Source: Podarcis muralis
Lineage: Eukaryota
Assembly (NCBI RefSeq): GCF_964188315.1
Contig: NC_135668.1
Span: 23,808,001-23,872,000 of the forward strand
DNA: 64,000 nucleotides
Direction: 5' to 3'
Numbering within the stretch: position 1 is the first letter of the stretch; every line of letters begins with the position of its first letter. A program made the position numbers and the translations under genes. Below the pieces are notes generated by a model. It saw nothing but the letters and a program-made list of their open reading frames with translations, was not told the origin of the DNA and did not search any database. Shown here in pieces: positions 1 through 12,630 of the stretch.

Positions 1-159
1 CAGAAATCAGCCAGGATGAAAGCCAGAAGGGCAAATTAACTGACGCTTCCCATCAGACTTTAAGGAATAGCAAGGCAGGTAAGGAAGCACCTGTCTGTTC
101 CCCATGCTTTTCAACATTTACATGAAACCACACGTAGAGGTCATCAGGTTCAAGGTGTG

Positions 160-300
160 CCAGGTTCCATCCTAGGTGTCTCCTGGTAGGTAGTGCTGAA
201 AAAAAAACAACCCTGTCCAAAACCCTGCCAGCCAGTGTGGACAATACTGAGCTAGATGGACCAATGGGTTGACTGCATAAGGTAGCTCCCTATGTTTCTA
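160..300 (+). mobile_element. tRNA-derived SINE (tRNA-Ala-like family), decayed, 5' part eroded
   Basis: gccagtgtggacaatactgagctagatggaccaatg...cctatgtttcta body and tail shared with copies at 4953, 8783 and 23037. Confidence 0.7.
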
Positions 301-389
301 TGGTTTGTATCCAGACACTTGCTTGGTGCAGCACTAAAATAGACTAGACTAGATCAGGGAGGTCCAACGCACAGCCTGAGGGCAACATT

Positions 390-394
<5 letters not shown>

Positions 395-437
<43 letters not shown>
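395..437. repeat. (CA)n microsatellite
   Basis: Direct reading. Confidence 0.95.
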
Positions 438-438
<1 letters not shown>

Positions 439-789
439 CTATCTGTGGTTCAAACTCAGAGTTGATCAGCTCCTCATAGGCACAGCTGATGATCCCCAAA
501 CTGGAGCTCCTGGTGTTGCAGAAACGTCCCTCCAGTGTTAGCGTGCTAATAGAGAGGACTCTTGGTTTAAAGCCAACTAGCACTAGACTGTTCTGAAGTC
601 ATTCTCAGACACCCGTGATGACTTCACAGGCCACTTGTTTGCACCTGTTTTTTTGGTGGGGGTGTGTGATCTAGAATAGGGTGTTCCAACCTCACTGCAG
701 GATGTGACAAGATAGCATTAGGGGCAGGAGAGGAGAAGAGATGGTGAAAAAGTTATGCAGCAGTTTCCTCCCCACTCTTCCGCCCCCAA

Positions 790-909
790 ATCAGAACCCT
801 GGAATTGTAGAGTTCGAAGGAACCCTGAGGGGCATCTAGTCCAACCTCCTGCAATGTGGGGATCTCATGTAGATCATACATGACAGATGACTATCCGGCC
901 TCTGCTTGA
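790..909 (-). mobile_element. CR1 LINE 3' fragment
   Basis: gaattgtagagttcgaaggaaccctgagggggcatctagtccaacc is the reverse complement of a CR1 3' tail. Confidence 0.7.
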
Positions 910-1593
910 GCTGATGAAAGTGATTTCTGGATGTTCAAACATGGGCATTTGGATCATGGCAAGGAATTATTTATTTTTCTGTTTAGAGCAAATTTGATGC
1001 CACTTCTCAGGATCACAGCTCATTCCAAAGCAGCTTGCCTGCAACTTGCAGTAAAAAGCCAGAGAAATACAACACAATTATTAACTGTTAGTGACGAGTG
1101 CCTGGCGATGCCTGGGAATTTGTACAAACAAACAAAATGTATTCTTTTAAATGGATAGTGTAATTTGTGAGTTTGGACCCGCCATGGCAGAAATTGGGTG
1201 AAGTCATGCCAGAGTCACATTTTGGTCTGTCATTTTCAGTAAAAATGACACCTGGCATCCAAATGTTGCTTAACATTGCTGCCTCCACTTAAGCAACCCT
1301 CATGTTGAGTTTGGCGATGATATCTTAAAAGGCAGACAAACTTTTAGACAGCGGATAGACAAACTGCTTTCCAAAACATATAGTAAAGGATCATCATCAT
1401 CATCATGTGCACGAGCATAAATGCTCATGGGTTCTGAAGTGGCCGTGAATGACCAGGAGCAAGACATGGGGTGTGATAGCAAATAGCTTGATGAAGGTCC
1501 AGTGTGTGGCAACTACAAGTAGTAATATTTCTTTCCACTGGCCATAGAGTAACTCGGGGGTTCCCAAATTGTGGATTGCAGACCACCAGTTGT

Positions 1594-1740
1594 TAGAACC
1601 ATAGAATGGTAGAATTGGCAGTGGCCCCAAGGGTCATCTATTCAGACCCTCTGCAAGGCAGTAATCTCTTTGCCCAATGTAGGGCTCGAACCCACAACCC
1701 TGAGATTAAGAGCCACATGCTCTACTGACTGAGCCGTCCC
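1594..1740 (-). mobile_element. tRNA-Lys(CTT)-like head SINE with CR1-type tail
   Basis: Reverse complement gggacggctcagtcagtagagcatgtggctcttaatctcagggttgtgggttcgagccctacattgggc follows vertebrate tRNA-Lys(CTT), then gatgacccttggggcc...attctaccattctatggttcta. Confidence 0.8.
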
Positions 1741-2783
1741 AGCGGTACTGTTCACCAGCTTCATTCAGGTGGTCTTTGGTCTGCTGGTGAAAAATGGTGG
1801 GAGCAGCAGCCATGCATGATGGCTTCTCTTAGAACCTGGCAGTCTACCCATAAGGTGAGCAGGAAAGGCCAGAAGTAACAGAATTGAACATAATCTGAGG
1901 AGCCATCCCTGCTATAGGGGGTGTACACATGGTAGCAAAACAGGGTCTGTCTGCTTTTAATTGATTGGCCTGTTTTCAGCATGAGAAAAGTGCAGGCAAG
2001 CATCTCTGCTGTCTTCCACCTTGTGGTAACTAGTGGCCTTTAAACTTTTTGTCACTAACAGAATTAAACACACACATATACACAAAGACACACATGCTAA
2101 TATAATCCTGGTTCTTCATGACTGGCAGTCTGGAAAGGCATTTTGTAAGGGGAGGAGAAGGGGTTAAACCTGCCTCCCAGCCGGATGCAATAAATATGCT
2201 GTTTGCATAGGAACCCAAAAGGCTCCCAAAGCAAAGACTGTAAATGGCTGCTCTTCAGATGGCCCTGCCCGTCAGGGGGACCTGGTAAAGGGAGTAACTG
2301 TGCATGGGGCTTCCTGCTCTGCAGCTGTTTTAGTTTCCAAGTGGATGCACGTTCTAGGAAATAATAATAAAAATGGAGGGGAGGAGGAGAATGTCTTGAA
2401 GTGGCAGTGCTTGGACAAAGGTGGCCAAGAGGTTATGATGGTGAAAAACAACCAGTGGAGGTGAAGAATAGATGGGCTGTTTTGTGTGGCAGGAACTGGA
2501 ATTTAAGAGAACTAGCTTTAAAGTTGTGGAAGTGACCATCTATGCCTGTGTTCAGGGTGGTAATTGGAGTCCGCTATAAACTGTCAAATGTTTTATGAGC
2601 TGTTTCCGTCTCTTTTCCTTTAACATGCTTTTTTTTTTTTTAAAAAAAAAGGCCCCCACTCCCTAGCTTTTGTGAAGAAAATGTAGAGTTCTTTGCAGGA
2701 ATGTGACAGTGTTTCTATGTAGTGCATACTCTTGTCACTCTTTTTTTGCTGCAAAGAAATTTACATTGTGCTGTTTAGTGTTC

Positions 2784-2942
2784 AAGAACATAAGGCGAGC
2801 CCTGCTGGATCAGGCCAAGGGACCATGTAGTTCAGCATTTTATTCTCGCAGTGGCCAACCAGATGCCAATGGGAAGCCCACCAGCGGAACGTGAGCACAA
2901 CTGCATTTTCCCGACTTGTGGTTCCCAGCAACTGATACTCAT
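2784..2942 (-). mobile_element. CR1 LINE 3' end fragment
   Basis: aagaacataaggcgagccctgctggatcaggcc...gtggccaaccagatgcc signature, shared with copies at 12245, 21062, 21465, 48340 and 50508. Confidence 0.8.
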
Positions 2943-3864
2943 AGATGGGGGAATGGCTTGGGAGAAGTTCTGGATTAGCGTAGGTAAACACGGGAGGAAA
3001 GTCTAATTGGAACAGCCATGTAAAGTAGCATAGAGAATTGCGAAGTTTAGGGAAAATATTTGTCTTGGAGGCTTAGGAGATGTTGGGGAGAAAGCAACAG
3101 AAGAGCAACTGCAGATAAGAATCTGAACATTCACATTGCTTATCTAAAGCTTTTAAGTCCAGAAATTGGATTGTGGAAAAAGGGAAAGAGTGACAGTTCT
3201 CAGACCAAGACTACACAGTAACTGCGATTTAACAGATGTGCTTTGACGACTACTGGTTGCTTAGTAGGTGAACGAGGGTGATGTTTGTTTGTTTGTTTGT
3301 TTGTTTTCCCTATACCCCACCATTTAATCTAGTTATCAGGGCAGCTTGCAGCAAAATACAAAACACAGTAAAATAACTAATATAAAGAAAAGGCAGAAAG
3401 TCAGCTATAACTTAAAAAATAATGTGAAATGGAATAAAACAGTTGTGAAGCCGCGGGGGGGGGGGTGCACTTGCACCTCTGGCATTAAATACTCTGCAGG
3501 AGAGTCTCTCTTCCTCATTTAAATTTATCTGCAACAGGGATGGGGAAGGAACATGTGACTCTTGCCAGACTCCAGCTCCCATCATCCCTGGCTGTTGGCC
3601 ATGCTGACTAGGGCAGATGGGGGTGAAGGGTCTTGAGATGAAGGGGCTCCAAAGCCCTTTCCCTTTGGGCAGGCATCTGTTTCGGGGGCCTAATCTGGCT
3701 TGCCGGTCGGTTTAATCTGTCCCCTGTTATAAACAACTTCAACCCTAAAAAAACCCCTTAACTTCAATCCTAAAAAAGGTCACAACAACTTTGGTTGGCC
3801 CTCACAGCCCTTCACTTCATCAAATCTGGCCCTCTTTGAAAAAAGTTTGGACACCACTGCCCTT

Positions 3865-4010
3865 GGGGAAGGAACATGGCTCAGTGGTAGAGCACCTGCT
3901 CTGCATGCAGAATGTCTCCAAGAAGGGCTGGAAGAGCCTTCCTGTCTGGAATTCTGGAGAGCCACTGCCAGCCTGCATAGACAATGGACTGGCAGATCTA
4001 ACTTACTGAG
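3865..4010 (+). mobile_element. tRNA-Ala-like SINE, internally deleted
   Basis: ggctcagtggtagagcacctgctctgcatgcagaa head, then gagagccactgccagc body. Confidence 0.7.
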
Positions 4011-4952
4011 ATTCCTGAGTCCAGCAACATCCGGAGGGGCACAGATTGTCTCCATCCCTGATCTGGTAGGCAGGACTTCCTTCCCTTCACCTTCTGATTC
4101 ACAAGCATAGACCTTGTTGGTGCTTGAGTGCTTTGCTTTCCCCCCTTTTTCCTGACAGCTTAGTCTTGTGGAGGCTGTTGCTTTAGTGCAGAATGCAATG
4201 AATTTATCAGATGGCCAAGCCGGGCTGCGAGCAGCGGCAGTAGGAGGGAAGGGTGCTGTGCGGTTACAGTATCAGCTACGCAATAATAATAATGATAATA
4301 ATAGCAAAGTGATCCTGGGCTTGTTTTCCAAGGGGAAAAGTCCTCTTTTGGCCAAACTTTTTTTTTTTTTTTTAAAGCAAAGCCAACTATATGAGGACTT
4401 CTTTTTAAAGTGATCTTTTAAAAGAGAAAAGAGTTCTTATGCAAACCTTTCACTTTTGCTTGTTTCCAAGAAGGAGGGGGGTGGAAGTTACAGCTGGAGA
4501 TGGGGAGTGGGAGTAGACTCTTGAAGGGGCATTGGAGGGGGGAAATTTCAGTCGTAAGGTCCCAAGTTCTGAAAGCAACCCTTTGTGTGTCCCCCTCCCT
4601 CTTCTCTCTGCACCCCCCTCCCTGCTTTGCCCATGGCAAAACATTGCACAATCAAGCTATTGTTTGTTTGGGGAAAGCTACAACATCCTATTGCAATTAT
4701 TTATGGAATAAAATATTTGATGTTTTTCTAGGGGGTGGGAGGGGGTAGGAAAGCTCGGTTTCCCTTTTATCCTTTTTAAAAAAACCCAACCAACCACTTA
4801 TTAACTCCTTTTATGGGTTCCTCAAGGAACTTCCATACCCTTTGTAAGCTCAGTTAAATGTAGGTACCTCTTTGGTATAGGGCAGCCTTGCAAACAATTC
4901 TGTTCAGGGGACTAGTCTTACACTTGTTGCAGCCAGACTGTCAACCCACACA

Positions 4953-5137
4953 GGGGTTAGCTCAGTGGTAAAGCATCTGCTTTGCATGCAGAAAGGTCCC
5001 AAGTTCAATCCCTGGCATGCCTAGGTAGGGCTGAGAGAGGTCCCTCTGCCTAAAACCCTGGAGAGCTGCTGCCAGTCAGGGTGGACTAAGCTAGCTGGAT
5101 CATTGGCTTGGTTTACTGCATAAGACACCTTCCTTTG
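4953..5137 (+). mobile_element. tRNA-Ala-like SINE, near full length
   Basis: ggggttagctcagtggtaaagcatctgctttgcatgcagaaaggtcccaagttcaatccctggc carries A and B boxes. Confidence 0.8.
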
Positions 5138-5624
5138 TGGTAGGCAAAGGTATGTGGTAGATAAATATATGCAGCAGTGGCATGGAAAGACTGGGGAGAA
5201 CCTAGTATTTCCTTGCCTGCCCAGTCATTTTTCTACAGCCTTGTTATATTTCTTAATGGCTGGAAGTACCTTGCACTGAGCAGTGACTTCCTGTTTTAAA
5301 GTCTCCTAGTGCAGTATTTCATGCAGTCTTTTGGAACTTTTGCGATTGGGGCCAAGTGTCTTGACTTCACAGTCACTCCGTACAAGTGCAAAACTTCATA
5401 CAGCGCGCAAAAAGTTCAACATCCTGAGATTTTAGAAGGAAAAGAGAAGGGCCTAGTCCCTAAGGTTAAATGCACAGGTTTGAAAACGTAGCATCAGGAG
5501 TTGGGCAAGGAGGGATAGTGAACAGGATTTCCCAGTGTACCTCTGAGTGTCATTTTCTGGGAATTGCAAGTCGGGAGAGTATTGCTGAAGCGCCCAGGTC
5601 CTCCTTGCAGGCTACCCAGAGAGC

Positions 5625-5700
5625 ATCTTTTTGGTCACTGTGAAAACAGGATGCTGGACTAGATGGGACATTGGCCCGATCCAGCAGGAACTCGTTTCTG
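5625..5700 (+). mobile_element. CR1 3' tail fragment
   Basis: ggtcactgtgaaaacaggatgctggactagatggg...gatccagcagg, sense orientation of the CR1 tail. Confidence 0.65.
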
Positions 5701-6839
5701 TTTTTTGACACTTCTCAGAATGATAACAGGAAAAAATATATACACAAACGGGTAAATACATGCAAGTTGTCCCCTCTTCTAAAATGCAGGATATCCACAG
5801 CACTTGCAGCGATTGCTCAAATGCATTGCTTATTGGACAACATTTCAAAGAGTCAAAAGAAGCTAGTTGGCAACATGACTGACCTCTCCTTCATGCTGGT
5901 GTGGACATTTTCAAATTCCAGTAGTGGAAGGATCTTGCGAAAGATAGAAACGAAGGCAGATCCCAACCAGGAGAAAGTGCCAAAGGAAAGGATTAGCAGT
6001 GAAAACATTCAGCGCTTGATTTCTGTTCCAATTCTCTCTCTCTCCTCCCCCCCTTGCCCCCAGCCCTTTGACTTAACTGTAGATTCCAGAAAGCATATTC
6101 TGTGTGCTGGCAACAGGTTAATGTGAAATAGGCTTACAGTAGGAACGTCATCGTGATTGATCTCTCCCCTTAAAGAAGATGGTTCACTTGCTTCTATGTT
6201 AGAAACATCTTTCCACTACGGCTGTGTCAGATCTTACTCTTTTAAAATGTATGTGTTGTGTCTGATTCCCAGTCAAACAAGCCTCTTAGGATATTTTCTG
6301 TTTGGCAAATGAGTCTGGAAACTTGTCCAACATAGTTGTCATCCCTAATCCATCTAAGTGATCCTGGGCAGGAGAACAGCCATAGGTCTCCAGGCTCTTG
6401 TTCAACGTTCCCAGCCATCTATGAGTTTCTTCAGCATAATAGAAAATTGTTCATTACCTTCACCTACCCTTTTTTTAGATCAACTTTGCTAATAATAATA
6501 ATCTACAACAATGGTTCCCAAACTCCCCGCCTCCCGACCAGTGTTAGAAACTGGGATAGAAAAGCTGGGAGCCAAATGGCTTCTGGGACCTGGGTTGTAG
6601 GCGCCAAAACAGAATGTCTAGTTGCCAAAATGACGGTTCCATTGTATATGCCATAAAAGAATGTCAAATCTCATAAAAAGTGACATATTGCCATTTCTGA
6701 TGTCAGATTTCAGTCAATGATCACCTGTTTGTCCTACATGGAAAACAAAAATGGCATCACTGGGAGTTTATTGCTACTTACTGTATTGGAAGATGACCTG
6801 GCAACCATTGCAGCCATTTTACATTTATTTGTTTGTTTG

Positions 6840-6990
6840 TTGCATTTAGACCCCACTTTTTTCTCCAAGGAGCTCACGGTTGCCTACATGGTTCTCTCCC
6901 CACCTTCCCCCCTAATACATAATCCCAACAATAACACTGTGAGTTGCGATGTTCTAATCTGACACTCTTACCATGACACACCACACTGGC
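6840..6990 (-). mobile_element. Old Squam3/MIR-like SINE fragment
   Basis: tttttctccaaggagctcacggttgcctacatggttctctcccc...acaccacactggc is the reverse complement of the SINE at 16452. Confidence 0.65.
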
Positions 6991-7721
6991 ATAAGGTGAG
7001 TGTAGCCTCATGGTATTGGGTATATGTGACTTAAGCTTGTTTGTCTTCTTCCAGTCTCGTATGGATTTCTGCTTCTACCATCCAAATGTCCAATTTTGTA
7101 CTCCACAGTTCTCTTCCCCACCCCCAATTTTTCCATTTTTGCAGGACCAACAATGCGGGGGGGGGGGGGGGGAATGAGTTCAAGACACAGAGTGGTTGGT
7201 TGGGGGGGGTTGGAGGGGGAGTAGTTATGGTGTGCTCTCAGCCCCATCAGCTCCCCCCCCCCTCTCTGAAAATACAAGCGCCTTAAAGAGTGGCAAAAAA
7301 TCCTATAGGCAAACATTATTGGCATGTGACTTAAAGGCACTGGTTAAAGGAGTATCAACAACATCTGGCAGTATTAGAGTAACAAGGGAAAGTATTTTAA
7401 AGGGAAAAAGTAGAAACTGTCGGATCATATGTTAAATCTATTTTCAGCTTCCCCAGCAAAAACACAGCTATTCTTGGTGATTTGGCATGATGCATGGGGT
7501 GGAAGAATGTGCACCTCCTTTGGGCACTGTTAGCCTTGTGTGTAGATCCCTGCAAAGAGAATGTGTGCAAAACACACACTTCGCAGTCGCACACAAAACA
7601 AATTTTGCTAAGGGGATCACTGTTGTAGGCGTGCTTACAGTGTCTGGTTGCACACTCCTGCCCCATAATCCGTTCTGCCCTGGGCTCTGCAGATCTGCAT
7701 GTTTACCTTCTTGGGTTATAT

Positions 7722-7723
7722 TA

Positions 7724-7767
<44 letters not shown>
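7722..7767. repeat. (TAT)n microsatellite
   Basis: Direct reading. Explains the poly-Y and poly-I ORFs in the track. Confidence 0.95.
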
Positions 7768-7768
<1 letters not shown>

Positions 7769-8782
7769 ACTTTTTGGGGAAATGAAACATTTCAGCTGCC
7801 TTGACTTTGCTCCTGCGGATAAAGATTCCAGTCTAGCGGGTAAGGGAAGCCCCCCAGCACATGTTGTTGAGAAACTGTGGCCTCTGAGCGGCCTGGGCTG
7901 ATCTGTGTGAGGTCTTAGAGAGCTGCGGGACAAGGAGGAGGGGATCTCAAGTGCAACTGGGAGAAAAGGCTTAATAGTAAAGTGATGTCATGGCTAACCA
8001 ATCCGGAAAGCCCGTGTTAACTTCCCTGCTGAGACGTGATTCACAGGCGCTCAAAAGAGAGGCTAAGTTGTCTTGCCTTTTGCCCACTAAGTTTGCTGCT
8101 GGGAATCGGATATTTTGATGTTGCTGCTAGGATATTTTGAAGCTGTTCAGACTTTTTTTCTTTTTAAGGGCCAGTCAGTTATTTTGTGGCTTCCAGAAAG
8201 TGTGCAACAACAGAAGAGACAGGTTACTAGTGTGGTATGAGGTAGAAATTTGTTACTACAAGATAATTACAGAATGTGTATGAATGCACACACTTTCATC
8301 TTAGAATAGCCTCAGTCAACCGGGTGCCCTCCACCTGCTTTGGGCTAAAGCTCTTGTCAGCAGGGAATGTTGGGAGTTGTAGTCCGAAATTTCGGGAGGG
8401 CACCCAGTCAGCAAAGGCTGTATTAGAACATAGACTGTTTGCATAATGGCTTGTCACAAATAACTTGCAACGTTTTGCTTTAATATTTTATCACAATATA
8501 TTTTAAATAGTAAACTGCTGTGGGTGTCTTGGCGAGAAGGAAGTACAGAAGCAAAATAAAACGGAACAAAATACTTCATAGATTTTAACCAAAAAAAAAG
8601 TGTACAGCCTATTTTCATTAAGCATGTGTTAATGCTACACTTTGTGCTTTTAAAGGCTTATCATTCTTCCCCATCCCCATGATAGACCTGTGCATATTTA
8701 CTCCAGTTGTGTTACAACACGATAATGTCGTAGTCGACAGAGATCTTGCCAAAATGCAGCCTGCTTTTCCACTGTTCTCTTT

Positions 8783-8963
8783 AAATAGGAACCTGCCTTT
8801 TACTGAGTCAGACTGTCCTACCCATCTAGCTCAGGATTCTTGCATTGTCTGGCAGCTGTTCTCCAGGATTTCAGACAGTGGTCTTTCCCTGCCCCACTTG
8901 GAGATGCCAGGGATTGAACCTGGCAACTTCTGGTATGCAAAGTGGATGCTTTACCACTGAGCC
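8783..8963 (-). mobile_element. tRNA-Ala-like SINE
   Basis: ataggaacctgccttttactgagtcagac...ggagatgccagggattgaacctgg...tttaccactgagcc. Confidence 0.8.
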
Positions 8964-9303
8964 CTTCCCCCCAGTTCCCTACTCCTGATACAGGTCAGTC
9001 CCATTTTGTCCTTGCAACAACCCTGTGAGGTAGCTTAGGCAAATGGCCTAAGGGAATCCCCGTGAGCTTCGTGACTCAATAGTCACTTGATCCCTGGTCT
9101 TCAGGGCCCTACTCTGGCACTGTAACCACTTTACAACACCATTTCAAGCTGAATCGTTGTATCCATTACTTTGGCTGAGTGGACTGTCGGTTTGAAACCC
9201 CTTGCATTCTCTGTATATTGGTGTTTGTGAGTGTTTGTCTGCAGGTTCTGCTTGGGATACATGTCTTGTGCACCTGGATTTTGTTTTTTGAACTTTTCTA
9301 GTA

Positions 9304-9529
9304 CAGTGGTACCCCGGGTTCCATATGCTTCAGGTTACAGACTCCGCTAACCCAGAAATAGTGCTTCAGGTTAAGAACTTTGCTTCAGGATAAGAACAGA
9401 AATCGGGCTCCGGCGGCGCGGCGGCAGCAGGAGGCCCCATTAGCTAAAGTGGTGCTTCAGGTTAAGAACAGTTTCAGGTTAAAAACGCACCTCCAGAACG
9501 AATTAAGTACTTAACCTGAGGTACCACTG
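9304..9529. mobile_element. Tc1/mariner (pogo/Tigger-like) MITE, 226 bp
   Basis: Terminal inverted repeats (TIRs) CAGTGGTACCCCGGGTT and AACCTGAGGTACCACTG, flanked by TA at 9302-9303 and 9530-9531. Confidence 0.9.
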
Positions 9530-10189
9530 TAATCTTTAGGGTGGGGGTGGGCAAAGAAGGAAGGGAAGTACCATTCATCAACCAAAAACTGTATGTTCTG
9601 TGGCTAAATCAAAGACCTCAGCTTTAATGTCCTCAACAGACACCTGCGCAGAACTTTGATCCCCTTGTTAGAATACACAAAAAAATGTAGCTAGATAAAG
9701 TTTAAAAGTTCATCCTGACTCCAAAGAGATTGTTGTCCTCATTGCTCCTCTGAACATCCTGTGACTTCTTAATGCAGCTCTTTTTTAATATGTAATAGTT
9801 CTGACCTTCAAGGAACACAGCGGTATTGACATTTACTCTTATAACTTCTTAAACTATTCCTTAAACTATTTCCCACATGACCATGGGAATTATGCAAGAG
9901 CTCTTGCGTACTGCAAGGTCTCCTGACTTGGAAAGTGGAGGTGTACAGTGCATCTCTTTGTGCTCTGTGCATATACAAATGGTGTGTGTGCACGCACACA
10001 CCCAGTGGGAACTGGTCGATATCAGTATGCAGATTTTCTTGGTGCTCTTAAGTGCAGTGATTTTCAGTGCAAGCCATCCTCTTAAGACATGGAACATCAG
10101 AAGCTGCCTGTTCTAGCTCCCACTCAATGAAGAACTCAGACTCAGGTTGCAGTTTCCACCAAAATATTTAATGCTAACTAGCTCCATAT

Positions 10190-10233
10190 TGTCTACACTG
10201 ACTGGAAGCAGCTCTTCAGGATTTTAGGCAGGG

Positions 10234-10281
<48 letters not shown>

Positions 10282-10342
10282 CCATTCTACCTGGAGATGC
10301 TGGAGATTGAACCTGGTGGGCTTTCTGCATGCAAAGCAAATT
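10190..10342 (-). mobile_element. tRNA-Ala-like SINE containing an expanded (CTTT)n tract at about 10237-10280
   Basis: tattgtctacactgactggaagcagctc...ctggagatgctggagattgaacctgg...ttctgcatgcaaagca. Confidence 0.75.
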
Positions 10343-12244
10343 GATGAGGGGTTTAATGAGATAATAAAATTTCAATTTTAAAACAGACCCTTAAGGTTTG
10401 TTATTCCAGGCAGCATCTCTGTGTTCCACATCTGCCCTTACAAGTGGGATTATTGTCAGTTCTATAACCATTAACTATTAGGCCGTCATAGTTTCTTGGC
10501 GTAACTTTGGCATGCTCACTGGTTGACCTTGAGCAAGTCCTTCAGATGTACAAGGTGCCTTGGAAGCTGGCTAGCTGCACATTTACTACCCCCCCCCCCC
10601 TTAAAGTCCCCAGATTTTTAAAGTTGCAACAGGACTGTTCACATCGGATTGTCAAAGCTTTGAAGAGAGGGAGCAGGGAAGTTAGTTGTAGCAAGGGAAT
10701 GTGGAACTCTCTTCATTCTGAGGGCCACATTCCCTTCTGGGCAACCTTCTGAGGGCCAGAGGCAAAAGTGGGCGGTGCTACTAATGTAAATTTCGAATAT
10801 GTTGCAATACAATTGGCTAGTTTCTACCTGCCCTTTCTGTGCTCCCATCAAGCAAGCATGAGAAATCGCCAGAGTTCAAGGACACATTCTAGCTAGGCAA
10901 AAGCATTTGGCGTATATAGCAGGGAGGTGAGAGATGTGGTCTGGGCAGAGTTTCAAGGGCCAAGTAGAGAGATCCGGAGGGCCTCATTCAGCCCCTAGGC
11001 ATGGGGGTCCCCAGCACTGAACTTCAGGAATAACACGCTCCCCATTGCCACATTTTCCTCTTACTTACCTGTGAGCATATCCTTAGAGTTGGGCTTCCGC
11101 TATCTATTCAAATCACACCTGTTCAGGTATTGCTAAGGACCACTTTGCTCTTTCCTCTGATTATAAAAGCATCACAATCAGAGAGGTGCTGGCAAGGGTT
11201 GGCCCAGTGTGTCTGTGGCGTGGGGTCCGCGAAGAGAAGATGCAGTGCCTCAAGGTAGAAAAACATTTTCCAAAAAGGGCATGGTTTCAAAGGCTGAGGT
11301 TCTGCAGAAGGAACTTGGTGCCAAAAACGTAACCTGTTTTCCATAAACATGGTGGGCAGTTGCAGCCAAAACAAACAACGAAGGTCCTTAAATGAACCTG
11401 AGTGAAAAATGGGTTGCTGTAGCGGATGGATAATGCTAGTTAAATGTGCTCTCTTTTTTTATAATGCTAGTTAAATATGCTGTTTATTTAAGGTGGGGGC
11501 GGGGGGGGAGTGAAAAACAACCTGGATAACGTACAGTCTCTTGAAGCTATACAAGTTGGGTGGTGCTTTAAGAGTTAAGGAGCTGTGCAAAGAGGCACAG
11601 ACTCTGGAATGCATCATAGCTGATGTATTGGTACTCTTTCTTTATGTCCAGGGTGGCAAACTTTTTTTCTGGGAGTCATATGCTTGTAATGCGTGAAGCC
11701 ATAACACCAGTGGGTGGAGCCAGTGGTGCGGTGCACTCTTACCTTTGGACAGTAGGCTATATTTCAGTCAGAGGTTTTTACATAGATTCGCACACATCTC
11801 CCCATCCTTCTTCAGGCAAGTAGGAGGCATTATCACAGTTCAGTGAGACATTCCGGTGAGGCAGAAGAACTTGAAGAGAGTTCAAAGCAGGGCTGCTGGG
11901 GGCGGGGCCTAGGGAGTTGTGGGTGTGGCCTGGGATAAGCCTCAGGGGCCAGCTTGAGAGGCCTGGAGGCTGAATCCAGTCGCCGGGACCGAGGTTCCTC
12001 ACCACTGTCCTATGTGATTAGACCACTTCCTTGTATTTGGGTTCGGTGTGTCTTAAGAATGACAAAGTCAGTATGTGCAAGGTCTGTTGGATCTGGCCAC
12101 ACGCGCGTAAAGGCCAGTGTCGCTTCTTCCAGAACAGTCACCTTTCCTCAGGGTGGCTACACAGTGCAATGCATCCATCCTCCTTCCTAAAAGTTACTTT
12201 AGCAATATGTTTTCATTATGCAAGCACCATGCATAAGCAGACAT

Positions 12245-12630
12245 ACATAATAAGAGCTGCTGGATCAGGCCAATGGCCCATCTAGACCAGCATCCTGTTC
12301 TCACAGTGACAAAGCAGATGCCTGTGGGAACCCCACAAGCAGGACCTGATTACAAGAATACTCTCCCTTCCTGTGGTTTCCAGCAACTGGTATTCAGACG
12401 CATTACTAACTCCAACTATGGGGGCAGAACGTAGGCATTATGGCTAGTATCCTCTTTAAAAGCTATCCAAGTTGGTGACCATCATTGCCTCCTGTGGGAG
12501 GGAGTTCCATAGTTCCATATTGCTGTGTAAAGAAGGGCTTTCTTTAGTCTTGAATTGTCCAACGTTGAGCTTTGTTGGGTGTCCCTGAGTTCTACTGTTA
12601 TGAGAGAGGGAGAAATCGTATCTCTGTCCA
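12245..12630 (-). mobile_element. CR1 LINE 3' fragment including the ORF2 C-terminus
   Basis: ORF 12456-12641(-) reads FSLSHNSRTQGHPTKLNVGQFKT...ELWNSLPQEAMMVTNLDSF, typical of the CR1 ORF2 end. Confidence 0.9.

Noticed and set aside
1670-5030. tRNA-Lys-like (1670-1740) and tRNA-Ala-like (4953-5025) sequences as real tRNA genes
   Set aside because: Stems are mismatched, there is no T-run terminator, and each continues into a SINE body; they are SINE heads.
5671-6126. 151-aa ORF in intron 2
   Set aside because: No recognisable domain, starts inside a CR1 tail, no coding-like composition; likely chance.
7487-7933. Poly-Tyr and poly-Ile ORFs
   Set aside because: Translations of the (TAT)n microsatellite.
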